Shown: positions 9,076-17,787 of the stretch, in pieces | Layout: each line of letters begins with the position of its first letter | Numbering within the stretch: position 1 is the stretch's first letter | Notes under the pieces: model-generated | Database searches by the model: none | The model's input: the letters and a program-made list of their open reading frames with translations, nothing else | What the model was told of the DNA's origin: nothing | Made by a program: the position numbers and the translations under genes | Assembly (NCBI GenBank): GCA_049696855.1 | Contig: JBAVUQ010000162.1 | Span: 1 to 54,101, forward strand | From: Candidatus Aminicenantales bacterium | GTDB taxonomy: Bacteria > Acidobacteriota > Aminicenantia > Aminicenantales > Saccharicenantaceae | DNA: 54,101 nt | Direction: 5' to 3'

Positions 9076-9081
9076 TCGTTT

Positions 9082-10908
9082 CTATTTAAGCCAGGCGCCG
9101 AGAAGGGCTTTCTGCGGAACGGTCGGATTTGGCAGCGGCCTGATCTTGAAAGTTCGCTCGGTCTTGGTCCCAAACACCAGCTCGGTCTCGCGGACGCTTC
9201 CGCGCCTCGAGTAAAGGACCTTGACCTTATCCCCCGGCTTGTGGGCGTTGAGCGTTTCCGAGAACGAACGCTGGACGACGCGCGTTCCGCCGATGGCCAG
9301 GATCTCGTCCTGGGCGCTAAGGCCGGCGAGCGAGGCGGGGGAGCCCGGCTCGATGGTCGAAATGACGATGCTCTCGTTCTGGCCCTGGGTCGAAGCGCCG
9401 AACCAAGGGGAGGATGCGGGGCGCGGTTCGACGTCGATCCCGAGGCCGGCATAGCCCAGGTACCTGGCGTAGTCCCATTTCTCGATCGTCGGGGCGTAAA
9501 CGTCGAAGATCTCGTCCAGAGAAACGCCGGCCGTCCGCTCGCAGACGTCGCGGAACTCGCGGTCGGTGAAACCGCGCTTCTTGTCCTTGTAGAAGGTCCG
9601 ATAGAGCGTCCGCATGACGTCGTCGAGGGAAGAGCGTCCCTTGGAGGCGTCGCGGATCTTGAGGTCGAGCAGAAGCCCCAAGCCGCAGCCGATGTCGTAG
9701 TAAGAAATCGTTGTGTTGGCCGCGTGCTCGCTGCGACCGAAAAAGCCCGTCCAGGTGTCGAAGCTCGAGAGGGTCGCCGATTGGTGGAGACGTCCGGGGG
9801 CGTTCTCGTAGTTGGCGATGGTCGAACCGAGCCGCTCGAGGACCTCGTCGCGGGCCATCAGTCCGGCCCGGTTCAGGAGCACGAATTCGTAATAGACAGT
9901 GCCCCCCTCGGAGAACCAGAGCATGTTCGTATAATTCTCGCGGTCGTAGTCGAAAGGGCCGAGGGCGACGGGCCGGATCGACTTGACGTTGAAGAGATGG
10001 AAGTACTCGTGGGCGATGAAGCTCAGCCAACCCTGGTAGCCCTTGGGGGTCTCAAGGGAACCCGGATTGAGGGTGACGGCCGTCGAGTTCAGGTGCTCAA
10101 GCCCGCCGCCGCCGGGGCCGATGATGAGGAAGGAGTAGTGGCGGTAGGGGAGCTCGCCCATGAGAGCCGCCGCGGCCTCGACGATCTTTTTGAGGTCGCC
10201 CGTGAACTTCGCCCGGTCGATCGAGCCGAGGTCGTAGGCCGCCACGGCATGGGGGTGTCCGGCGGCCTCGAAGGTCAGGATCTCCTGATTGCCTATGAGG
10301 ACCGGGCAGTCGTAAAGGGTGTCGAAATCGGGCGCGGTGAAGGTGTTGGGACGGCCGGGGACGGGATCGAGGCCCGTCGAGACCTGCTTCCAGTCGGGAG
10401 GGGATTGGACCGTGAGCCTCACCGGGTCCTTCAAGCGGCCGGCGATGTGCATGAAAACCCCGGCCGGCGTGATGAATCCGCCGTCATCACTAAGATAGCT
10501 GTCGGCGACGAAGCGGGTGAAGGCGTAGACGTCATAGCTCACGACAATGGACGGCGCCTTGCTGGCCCGAACGCGCCAGGTGTTCTTGGCCGTCTTTTCG
10601 ACGGGGAGCTCCCGCCCGTCCCCGTCCTCGGCGCCGAAGTCCTTGACGAATTTGGCGTAGTCCATGATCCGATAATAGCCGGGCGTCCAGACGGGCATCT
10701 TGAAATCCTGCGCCCCGCCTCCGAGTCCGTCCGCGCGGATGACGACATGGTAGTAATGAGACGCCGGCCTGTCCATTGAGACCGTAATGGATATGGACGG
10801 AGCGGCGGATCGCGCTTGGGCCGGGCCGGGAGCCGGCGTTAGAGCAAGAACGAAGACAATGAAGAGGACCTTGACGCAGGCGATGGCTCTGTGCGATGGG
10901 GTGTCCAT
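9082..10908 (-). CDS. M61-family (glycyl aminopeptidase-like) metallopeptidase with C-terminal PDZ domain
   Basis: 608 aa with a signal peptide, HExxH in AHEYFHLFNVK, and a PDZ-like C-terminus (GSPASLAGLSAQDEILAIGG). Confidence 0.9.
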   Translation of the reverse strand: MDTPSHRAIACVKVLFIVFVLALTPAPGPAQARSAAPSISITVSMDRPASHYYHVVIRADGLGGGAQDFKMPVWTPGYYRIMDYAKFVKDFGAEDGDGRELPVEKTAKNTWRVRASKAPSIVVSYDVYAFTRFVADSYLSDDGGFITPAGVFMHIAGRLKDPVRLTVQSPPDWKQVSTGLDPVPGRPNTFTAPDFDTLYDCPVLIGNQEILTFEAAGHPHAVAAYDLGSIDRAKFTGDLKKIVEAAAALMGELPYRHYSFLIIGPGGGGLEHLNSTAVTLNPGSLETPKGYQGWLSFIAHEYFHLFNVKSIRPVALGPFDYDRENYTNMLWFSEGGTVYYEFVLLNRAGLMARDEVLERLGSTIANYENAPGRLHQSATLSSFDTWTGFFGRSEHAANTTISYYDIGCGLGLLLDLKIRDASKGRSSLDDVMRTLYRTFYKDKKRGFTDREFRDVCERTAGVSLDEIFDVYAPTIEKWDYARYLGYAGLGIDVEPRPASSPWFGASTQGQNESIVISTIEPGSPASLAGLSAQDEILAIGGTRVVQRSFSETLNAHKPGDKVKVLYSRRGSVRETELVFGTKTERTFKIRPLPNPTVPQKALLGAWLK

Positions 10909-11096
10909 GTTCGCTCCTCCGGGGTTCGGCCAACGAAGGGTATACCCCAGGCGAGAGGGGGAGTCAATTCATCCATCCCCCGTATCCGCAGATGAGTCAG
11001 CCGCCCCAGGGGGCCTCCAACAATAATCGTTTGACATCTTCTCCCGACTTATTACAGAATGGCCGTTGATTTGGGAGCTCAAAATGAGGAGGCGTT

Positions 11097-11495
11097 ATGC
11101 GTTTTACCAAGTATGCGTTGGCGCTTTTGGTTGTCATGTTGGTGACTTCCTGCGCGACGATCTTCAAAGGCACAAAAAGCCCTGTTAAGTTCGGCTCCAA
11201 CCCAGCCGGTGCGGAAGTGTATATCGATGGAAAATTGATGGGCAAGACCCCCATCAATTTTGAATTGACCTCAAAGAGAACCTATGTCATCGATTTTAAA
11301 TTTGAGGGTCAGACAAAAACAATGAAGTTGAACAATAAGATCGGTATCCAATGGATCGTTCTGGATGTGTTGGGCGGACTTATCCCCGTCGTCGTGGATG
11401 CGGTAACCGGAGATTGGTATCAACTCAAGCCGAAAGATGTCAATGTCGATTTCGTATCGCCGGGGCGATTTGAACCTTCCCCGAGTCCTTTATAA
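11097..11495 (+). CDS. PEGA-domain lipoprotein
   Basis: Lipobox LVTSC and a PEGA-type segment GSNPAGAEVYIDGKLMGKTPINFEL. Confidence 0.8.
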   Translation: MRFTKYALALLVVMLVTSCATIFKGTKSPVKFGSNPAGAEVYIDGKLMGKTPINFELTSKRTYVIDFKFEGQTKTMKLNNKIGIQWIVLDVLGGLIPVVVDAVTGDWYQLKPKDVNVDFVSPGRFEPSPSPL

Positions 11496-11516
11496 TAAGA
11501 CAGAGTTGCCGACATA

Positions 11517-11532
11517 AGCCCCCCGGGCTTTT
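11517..11532 (+). terminator. Possible intrinsic terminator after the PEGA gene
   Basis: AGCCC-CCC-GGGCT stem-loop followed by TTTTGTG. Confidence 0.4.
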
Positions 11533-11628
11533 GTGATTGATTTTGCCCCCGGGCGACCTGAGCCGTTTTCCGTTTTGGATTTACCGTACTAAATGCATCT
11601 GGCATAGAATCAATGAGGAATGGGCTGG

Positions 11629-11683
11629 GCGGGTTCCTAATCCGTTTGTCGCCTGTCCGAATCAGGCCAGGGGCACGTCATTT
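11629..11683 (+). repeat. Direct repeat of the 3' part of tRNA-Arg (putative att scar)
   Basis: 51 of 55 nt are identical to 6963-7017 (anticodon stem to acceptor end plus 8 nt downstream). No matching tRNA 5' half lies upstream. Confidence 0.85.
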
Positions 11684-11799
11684 AACTCACTGAATATGAA
11701 TGGATTAAGTGGATTTCCGTGGGCTAGGCGGAGCCCTGCCACTAAGAATGTCGGAGCCTCAGAGGGACTGGACCTTTCTTAAGGGATGAAGTCCCGCGG

Positions 11800-11828
11800 T
11801 TGACATTCAGGGACTGCCCGGCTATATA
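11800..11828 (+). promoter_or_regulatory. Candidate sigma70-type promoter (TTGACA-17 nt-TATATA)
   Basis: TTGACA at 11800-11805 and TATATA at 11823-11828, 38 nt upstream of the ATG at 11866. Confidence 0.45.
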
Positions 11829-11865
11829 AAAAGGAAAGGCGGAGATTCTCTTGGGGAAAGGGAGC

Positions 11866-12552
11866 ATGAAAAAACCTTACGTCAAGAAGCTCGATCAGAT
11901 CGGGAAGATTTCGGTTTGGATCGTGAACGGCCAGTACATCCGGAAGGCGATCGACGAGGAGTTCACCAATTTCGGCCAACACTTCCGGTTCCGGTTCATC
12001 CCCCGCAACGAGTTCTGGATCGACCAGGAGCATGGACCCGGCGAGCAGCAGTTTTTCATCGACCACCTGCTCGTCGAGCATCGGCTGATGGCCGGCGGGA
12101 TGGGTTACGATAAGGCCCTGGTCAAGGCCGACGCCCTCGAACGGAATGAGCGCCTCCGGAGCCAGCAGGTGGAAGACATCCTATCCCTGAACCGCGAGCA
12201 TGTCATCGAGGACATCCACAAGACCCTGCTCAAGAAGTACAGCGGGACGGTCAAGGTCTGGGTCGTCAAGGGGGAGCTCGTCCGGAGCATTTACTTTATC
12301 GACTTCACCGAGGGCGGTCACGACAAGGTCTACCGCTTCATTCCGAAGAACGAAGTCTGGCTGGACGACGACCTGGCCTCGGACGAGCGCAAGTTCGTCC
12401 TCCTCCACGAACTCCACGAGCGTCATCTGATGAGTCTGGGTTGGCCCTATTTCCAGGCGCACCGTTCGGCGAGCAAGATCGAATACCATTGCCGGGCGCA
12501 CCCGGAAGACCTCGAGGCGAACCTCCAGGCCGAACGGGGAAAGAACAACTGA
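11866..12552 (+). CDS. Hypothetical protein built from two homologous ~100-aa halves
   Basis: ATG at 11866 follows GGAAAGGGAG. The halves align: KISVWIVNGQYIRK..FRFRFIPRNEFWIDQE..HLLVEHRLM versus VKVWVVKGELVRS..KVYRFIPKNEVWLDDD..LHELHERHLM. Confidence 0.65.
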   Translation: MKKPYVKKLDQIGKISVWIVNGQYIRKAIDEEFTNFGQHFRFRFIPRNEFWIDQEHGPGEQQFFIDHLLVEHRLMAGGMGYDKALVKADALERNERLRSQQVEDILSLNREHVIEDIHKTLLKKYSGTVKVWVVKGELVRSIYFIDFTEGGHDKVYRFIPKNEVWLDDDLASDERKFVLLHELHERHLMSLGWPYFQAHRSASKIEYHCRAHPEDLEANLQAERGKNN

Positions 12553-12623
12553 AGCCGATGAATTTCGAAGCGCCCCGATTTCATTTGATCGAAGGAATCC
12601 TGTAGATTCGAAAGAAGGCCGAG

Positions 12624-13106
12624 ATGAAACTGAAATTCAGAACAACTCCCGTAAAGAACGATGTCAAAAGGATCAGGGAGATCGTCGAGTCTTCCGGGTT
12701 CTTTTATGATTTTGAGACCGATGTGGCCGTCGAACTGGTCGAGGAGCGTCTTGCGGAAGGCGAATCGTCGGGCTATCATTTCGTTTTTGCCGAGGTCGAC
12801 GATGTGACCGTCGCCTATTCGTGTTTCGGCCATGTCGAAATGACGAAATCGTGCTTCGATCTTTACTGGATCGCCACACATCGTGATTTCAGGGGCCAAG
12901 GCATCGGAAAAAAACTCCTGGATGAGACCTACCGTCAGGCCAGGAAGATGGGATGCACAATGCTGATTGCCGAGACCTCGGGACGCGAGAAGTATGCTCC
13001 CACAAGGGCTTTTTATGATCGCGCCGAGTTTGCCCTTGAGGCGACGATCCGCGATTATTACGATAAGGGTGATGACAAACTGATCTATATCAAAAGATTC
13101 GACTAG
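12624..13106 (+). CDS. GNAT-family N-acetyltransferase
   Basis: 160 aa with the acetyl-CoA loop RGQGIGKKLL. The first 60 nt contain 24 G+C by my hand count, visibly below the window norm. Confidence 0.85.
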   Translation: MKLKFRTTPVKNDVKRIREIVESSGFFYDFETDVAVELVEERLAEGESSGYHFVFAEVDDVTVAYSCFGHVEMTKSCFDLYWIATHRDFRGQGIGKKLLDETYRQARKMGCTMLIAETSGREKYAPTRAFYDRAEFALEATIRDYYDKGDDKLIYIKRFD

Positions 13107-13151
13107 GGATAGTCGCCGGGGATCTGGCGCGCATTTGGCCCGGCCGGACGA

Positions 13152-13928
13152 TCACGGGCGTTCCCGCCGTTCCGTGGCCAAATGGAATAAGTAGATCAAT
13201 TTGCAGCTGATCTCGAGCGCTTCCCGGGGTTCAGCGACGGGCACATCGGTCTTGAAGTGCCCGGTCAGCCGCTCATCGAAGATCGCCAGCGGGAACCACT
13301 CCCGAAGCTTGGTGACGGCGACGTCGAAGTTCGCCGGAGCGGACGGGGTCCGCTCGGCGCCCAGGAAGCCGTAATCAAGGTGGTTCTGGAGCATCTCCGC
13401 GCGCGGATCAGAGGATCTTCTATCGTAGATCCTGACAAAGTCTTCGGATCGGAACGACTCGGCGGTGCCCTTTGTGGTGACCCGCCGCATGACCGGGAAG
13501 CCGCCTGTCAGCACCGTAGCCGGCACGTTGAGCTTCATCTTGGTGGTCGAGGTCTTTGCCTGCGTGATGCTCCGCATCCTCCCCCTCATGATCAGGAATG
13601 CGTCGCCGGCTTCAACCCTGATCTCGCCGCCTTGCCTGTCCCCGAATATCACTTCTCCTTCTCCGGATCTCGCCGTGTGCGCTCTGAAGCCGGCCGGGCG
13701 GTTTCGAAGCTCGGTATCCTTGCAGATAAAGGCCACGAGTCCGGCCTCCCTCAGCCTCCGAGCGATCGAGTCCGCCGTCTCGGCGTCGGGGGGAGAGACG
13801 ATGATCCTGGGAATCCCTCCGGCGAGCAGGAGACGCGTGTCGACGATCTCTTTGCCGACGAGGAAGGCCACCCTCTCGATCAGGTCCGCGCTGAGCGTTT
13901 TCGGTGGAGCCACGGCGACATGGACCAT
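13152..13928 (-). CDS. Hypothetical protein (258 aa)
   Basis: Long ORF with coding-like G/C third positions. It has no TM segment and no motif I recognise. Confidence 0.55.
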   Translation of the reverse strand: MVHVAVAPPKTLSADLIERVAFLVGKEIVDTRLLLAGGIPRIIVSPPDAETADSIARRLREAGLVAFICKDTELRNRPAGFRAHTARSGEGEVIFGDRQGGEIRVEAGDAFLIMRGRMRSITQAKTSTTKMKLNVPATVLTGGFPVMRRVTTKGTAESFRSEDFVRIYDRRSSDPRAEMLQNHLDYGFLGAERTPSAPANFDVAVTKLREWFPLAIFDERLTGHFKTDVPVAEPREALEISCKLIYLFHLATERRERP

Positions 13929-14062
13929 GATGGGCCAATCTTAGCATCGTTATGGAGTTCCTTCAATGAAGGCCTTTGGGGCCGCGATCATCCCGGATTT
14001 CGAGCAGCTCCTTGGCATAATTCCCCAAATCCTGCTAAGTTAGTATCCCGATAGCATAAGGC

Positions 14063-14917
14063 ATGCGAAAAATCTCGCAATCGATATATGACCGCCTGGA
14101 CAACGCGGTTTACAGCGCTCAGGGCGATGAGTGGTGGCAGCCCGATTCCGCATTCTATCAGATGAAGGTTTTCCTCAATCCCGTTCGGGTGGCCTACGCG
14201 AAAAGGAAGCTCGTCGAGGAAGCCAGGATCGATCCCAAAGCCACGGCCGCACTGGACGTCGGCTGCGGCGGGGGATTCCTGGCCGAAGAGATCGCCCGGA
14301 TGGGCTTCGATACGACCGGCGTCGATCCTTCCGCGCGGTCCGTCCAGGCGGCAGCCACCCACGCGCATGAGAACGGCTTGAATATCCAGTACCGGACGGG
14401 CACGGGTGAATCTCTCCCCTTCGAAGAGGAGTCCTTCGGCGTCGTCTTCTGCTGTGACGTGCTGGAGCATGTGCGCGACCTGCCGAGGGTCGTTTCCGAG
14501 ATCTCCCGGGTCCTGAAGCCGGGAGGCGTGTTCTGCTACGATACCTTCAACCGGACCTGGCTGAGCCGGCTGGCCGCGATCAAGATCAGCCAGGTCTGGA
14601 AGCCGTGGGCCTTCATGCCCCCGAACCTCCATGTCTGGAGGATGTTCATCAAGCCCGGCGAAATGAAATCGCTGCTCCGGCAAAACGGCCTGGAGTGGAA
14701 AGAACACCGGGGCCTTATTCCCGACATTCCCATCCCCCGGCTCCTCGGCTATCTGCGCAAGAGGGCCAGGGGCGAATGGACCTACGCCGAACTCGCCGCC
14801 AAGGTCCGGATGGTCGAAAGCCGCATCACGGCGGTCATGTACATGGGCTGTGCCATCAAAAGACGGCCGTCCGGAGCAGACACCGATCCGAAGCAGCTGG
14901 AGAAAGAATATGGATGA
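14063..14917 (+). CDS. Class I SAM-dependent methyltransferase (UbiG-like)
   Basis: SAM motif I LDVGCGGGFLAEEIARMG followed by VDPS, and motif II VVFCCDVLEHV. Confidence 0.85.
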   Translation: MRKISQSIYDRLDNAVYSAQGDEWWQPDSAFYQMKVFLNPVRVAYAKRKLVEEARIDPKATAALDVGCGGGFLAEEIARMGFDTTGVDPSARSVQAAATHAHENGLNIQYRTGTGESLPFEEESFGVVFCCDVLEHVRDLPRVVSEISRVLKPGGVFCYDTFNRTWLSRLAAIKISQVWKPWAFMPPNLHVWRMFIKPGEMKSLLRQNGLEWKEHRGLIPDIPIPRLLGYLRKRARGEWTYAELAAKVRMVESRITAVMYMGCAIKRRPSGADTDPKQLEKEYG

Positions 14918-16748
14918 CGTCCTGAAGACCGCCAAGAATTGCCGGCACTACGCGATGTGCAAGATCGATTTCCTGGGGAGCGGCGTCTGCGCCTCGGGGC
15001 TGGAAAAGCACTATGTCAGCTACTATCCGGAGGGGCGGATGGACCTCTATGCCGCCCTGGCGGAGAACAAGATCCCGATCACGGAAAAGTGCCTCGACAT
15101 CGCCGCAAGCTGCGACCTCTGCGGCAAGTGCGATTACCAGTGTTACTTTGTCACCGAGCTGCGGCCCTCCCGCGTCATGGCCGCGCTCAAGGACCTCGTC
15201 GCCGCCCACGTGCAGCGGGGAGGGACGGTCCTCAAAGCTCCGGAGGATCCGCTGCTCCGCGATATCCGGCGGATCGTCGGCGAAGAATGGGCGACGAACG
15301 ACCAGGCCGTCACCGTCACGTATTCCCATGACCCCGGCCCCCTGACGGTCGCCAAGATGCCGGCCTATGTCGTTCTGCCCAGGACCAGGGAGGAGATATC
15401 GGCGCTCCTGAAGCTCTTCAAGGCCCACCGCGTCCCCTGGGTGGTCCGCGGCAACGGTTCTCAGAATGCCGGCCTCAGCCTCTCCGAGGGGGCCGTCATC
15501 GACCTGAACCGGATGAAGGACATCGCCTTCGATGAAAAGAACTGGGCGGTCAAGGTGGGCGGCGGCGTTCCGGCCTTCGACCTCCAACGCGAGGCGGCCC
15601 GGCGCGGCTACCGCGTCAACGTCGCCGAACCGGCGGCCCTGGTGTGCTCCAACATGATCTGCTCGGGGATCTTTTCGACTTTCCTGACCGCGTACGGGAC
15701 GGCCGCGGACAATTGCGTCGACGCCGAGTTCGTGGCCAGGGACGGCTCGTTCTTCTCGCTCAGCGACAAGAACGCCCCCAACGTGTTCGCCTTCAAGCAG
15801 GCCGACCAGGAGGCCCCCGGAATCTGCACGGCCGTGAGCATGAAGCTCCATCCCGTGACCGGGGATGAGTCGGGGGTCCTCGTTCCCTTCGATTCGCTGG
15901 AAAAGGCCCTCGACTTTTCCAGGGAATGCGCCGTCCGGCGCATCGGCCTGGCCATCGGAATCCTCGGGGGCGGGTACATGTCGTCCTTCCTGGCCCCGAC
16001 GAAGAAGCTGGCCGCGGAGGTCCGGGACGTCTTCGAGAAGAAGCTGGGCATCGCCCATCTGGTCCTGGTGATCGGCGATCGCTATGCCATCCAGAGCGTC
16101 CTGGCCATGGGGCACCCGGTCTTCGATCAGCGGCTCTTCAAGGCCCTCAGCCTGGGCCTGACTTCCCTCCGATCGGCCGGGTGGCCGGATCTTCTGGGCC
16201 AGCTTTCCGCCGTCGAGCCGTTCTCTTACCTCCGGATCAAGGGCTTCGCGGAGATCGTGGAGGCGGCCGTGGCGCCGTCGGCCGCGAGCCTGGCCGCGGC
16301 GGTCGATCCGGACCTCCGTCCGTTCTTCGAGGAGGTTTTCAGCCGGCCGGAGATGACGGACCTGGTCTGGCTGAACATGTTCAGGATCCTGAGCTCGAGG
16401 ATGGGACGGGACAAGCAGTTCGCCGTGAACATCATCTACATGCCCCTCGAACGGGAGTTGATCACCGCGATGTCCGAGGGGTTCAAGCGGATCGCCGACC
16501 GCCACGGGCTTGCGAACGATCTGGGCTTCATCACGCCCCTCGACGGCGGGAAACGATGCATCCTCGAATACGATTATTACTTTGACCAGACCGATCCCGA
16601 GGAGATCTCCCGGGCCCGGCTGGCGGCGATGGACGCCGGCGGGCTGATCATGGAGTATTCGGCCAAGCTGGGCACCATCCGCTGGATCCGGCACGTCGTG
16701 AATCAGGGCTTCAGCCGCATGGAGGACCTTCTCTACGGCAAAGCTTGA
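14910..16748 (+). CDS. FAD-binding (PCMH-type) oxidoreductase with N-terminal Cys-rich Fe-S-like domain
   Basis: ATG at 14910 overlaps the methyltransferase stop by 8 nt. It has the motif CDLCGKCDYQC (CxxCxxCxxxC) and an FAD_binding_4-like segment AYVVLPRTREEISALLKLFKAHRVPWVVRGNGSQNAG. Confidence 0.8.
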   Translation: MDDVLKTAKNCRHYAMCKIDFLGSGVCASGLEKHYVSYYPEGRMDLYAALAENKIPITEKCLDIAASCDLCGKCDYQCYFVTELRPSRVMAALKDLVAAHVQRGGTVLKAPEDPLLRDIRRIVGEEWATNDQAVTVTYSHDPGPLTVAKMPAYVVLPRTREEISALLKLFKAHRVPWVVRGNGSQNAGLSLSEGAVIDLNRMKDIAFDEKNWAVKVGGGVPAFDLQREAARRGYRVNVAEPAALVCSNMICSGIFSTFLTAYGTAADNCVDAEFVARDGSFFSLSDKNAPNVFAFKQADQEAPGICTAVSMKLHPVTGDESGVLVPFDSLEKALDFSRECAVRRIGLAIGILGGGYMSSFLAPTKKLAAEVRDVFEKKLGIAHLVLVIGDRYAIQSVLAMGHPVFDQRLFKALSLGLTSLRSAGWPDLLGQLSAVEPFSYLRIKGFAEIVEAAVAPSAASLAAAVDPDLRPFFEEVFSRPEMTDLVWLNMFRILSSRMGRDKQFAVNIIYMPLERELITAMSEGFKRIADRHGLANDLGFITPLDGGKRCILEYDYYFDQTDPEEISRARLAAMDAGGLIMEYSAKLGTIRWIRHVVNQGFSRMEDLLYGKA

Positions 16749-16757
16749 GGGGCAAAA

Positions 16758-17678
16758 ATGCAGCGCGGATTCAAAGAGGAATTTCAGAGACTCTGGAAGA
16801 CGCATTTCGACGGGGCGGAGCTGCCCCTCGCCTTCTTCTACACGGATGAACAGGATGTCTCCGGCCCTCCACCCCAGGCGGACCGCTGCCTCATCGCCAA
16901 CTTGGCCAGGGTTCGCGACGGAACGCCGACACGCTTCGGGAGCGGGGCCATCGCGTGTGCCGGCGGCCGGCGCTATACGGGGTTCTCCGAGACGTTGATG
17001 CCGAACTTCGAATACTTTCTCTCCTGCGGCATCCCCGGAAAGATGGAAGGGGAGCGCTATAAGAAGTCCCCCGAGCTGGTCCGCGAATTCTTGGCCAAAG
17101 CCCCCAGATTCAGAGCCCCCAAGAAATATATCGTGTTCAAGCGCTGGGATCAGCTGGATGCGAAGGACGATCCCGACGTGGTCGTGTTTTTTGCCCGACC
17201 CGATGTCCTCTCGGGCCTCTTTACCTTGGCCAGCTTCGATACGGCGGACGAGAGCGGGGTCTTCACGCCTTTCGGGGCGGGATGCGGGTCCACCGTTCTT
17301 TATCCCTATCTGGAAAAGGACAAGCCCGATCCGAGAGGCGTGATCGGGATGTTCGACCCTTCAGCTCGGCCCCACGTCCCCGCCGGGACCCTCACCTTTG
17401 CCGCACCGATGACCAAATTCATCCGCATGGTCGAAAATGCGGAAGAAAGCTTCCTCACGACTCCGACATGGAACGTGATCCTGAAAAGGATCATGGAGGG
17501 GCCGGAGGCCCCGCCCGGTGCTATGGGGGATCGGGATGGGTGTCCAGGATTCGCTGCTCAAGGCCGTTCTCTCGGACATCGTCCCCTCGGAGAAACGCGG
17601 CACGGCGTTCGGTCTGTTCGACACCGGCTTCGGCATCGCCTGGTTCGCAGGCAGCGCCGTCATGGGTTTTCTCTATGA
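16758..17678 (+). CDS. DUF169-like protein (3' end probably not native)
   Basis: It starts 9 nt after the upstream stop, and the N-terminal 240 aa resemble DUF169 from memory. The last ~55 codons run out of frame across an MFS gene remnant. Confidence 0.6.
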   Translation: MQRGFKEEFQRLWKTHFDGAELPLAFFYTDEQDVSGPPPQADRCLIANLARVRDGTPTRFGSGAIACAGGRRYTGFSETLMPNFEYFLSCGIPGKMEGERYKKSPELVREFLAKAPRFRAPKKYIVFKRWDQLDAKDDPDVVVFFARPDVLSGLFTLASFDTADESGVFTPFGAGCGSTVLYPYLEKDKPDPRGVIGMFDPSARPHVPAGTLTFAAPMTKFIRMVENAEESFLTTPTWNVILKRIMEGPEAPPGAMGDRDGCPGFAAQGRSLGHRPLGETRHGVRSVRHRLRHRLVRRQRRHGFSL

Positions 17679-17778
17679 CCGGTCGGTGCCGGCGGTCATC
17701 GTCTTCTCCGTAGTCCTCCAGCTGGCGGCCCGGCCGGTGTTCCTTCTGGCCAGAAAGCGGCCGCCGCGCGCCGGGTAG
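17518..17778 (+). pseudogene. 3' fragment of an MFS transporter gene
   Basis: The 86-aa frame-1 ORF reads like the last two or three TM helices of an MFS protein (SEKRGTAFGLFDTGFGIAWFAGSAVMGFLYD). No N-terminal part is present upstream. Confidence 0.5.
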
Positions 17779-17787
17779 GACGCCGCG

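Noticed and set aside
8758-10779. 673-aa plus-strand ORF
   Set aside because: It is antisense to the M61 peptidase gene, which has HExxH and PDZ motifs. The translation is low-complexity, and its first part runs out of frame through the membrane-protein gene at 8642-9058.
11537-11782. 81-aa ORF spanning the tRNA-fragment repeat
   Set aside because: It reads straight through the duplicated tRNA sequence and has no RBS. It is best explained as non-coding att-scar DNA.
11866-12552. HELHERH in the duplicated protein read as a zinc-protease HExxH motif
   Set aside because: The spacing is H-E-x-H / H-E-x-H, not H-E-x-x-H. The first half of the protein has HLLVEH at the aligned position, so I make no protease call.
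14856-16805. 649-aa minus-strand ORF
   Set aside because: It is an antisense shadow of the FAD-binding oxidoreductase gene and has no motifs.
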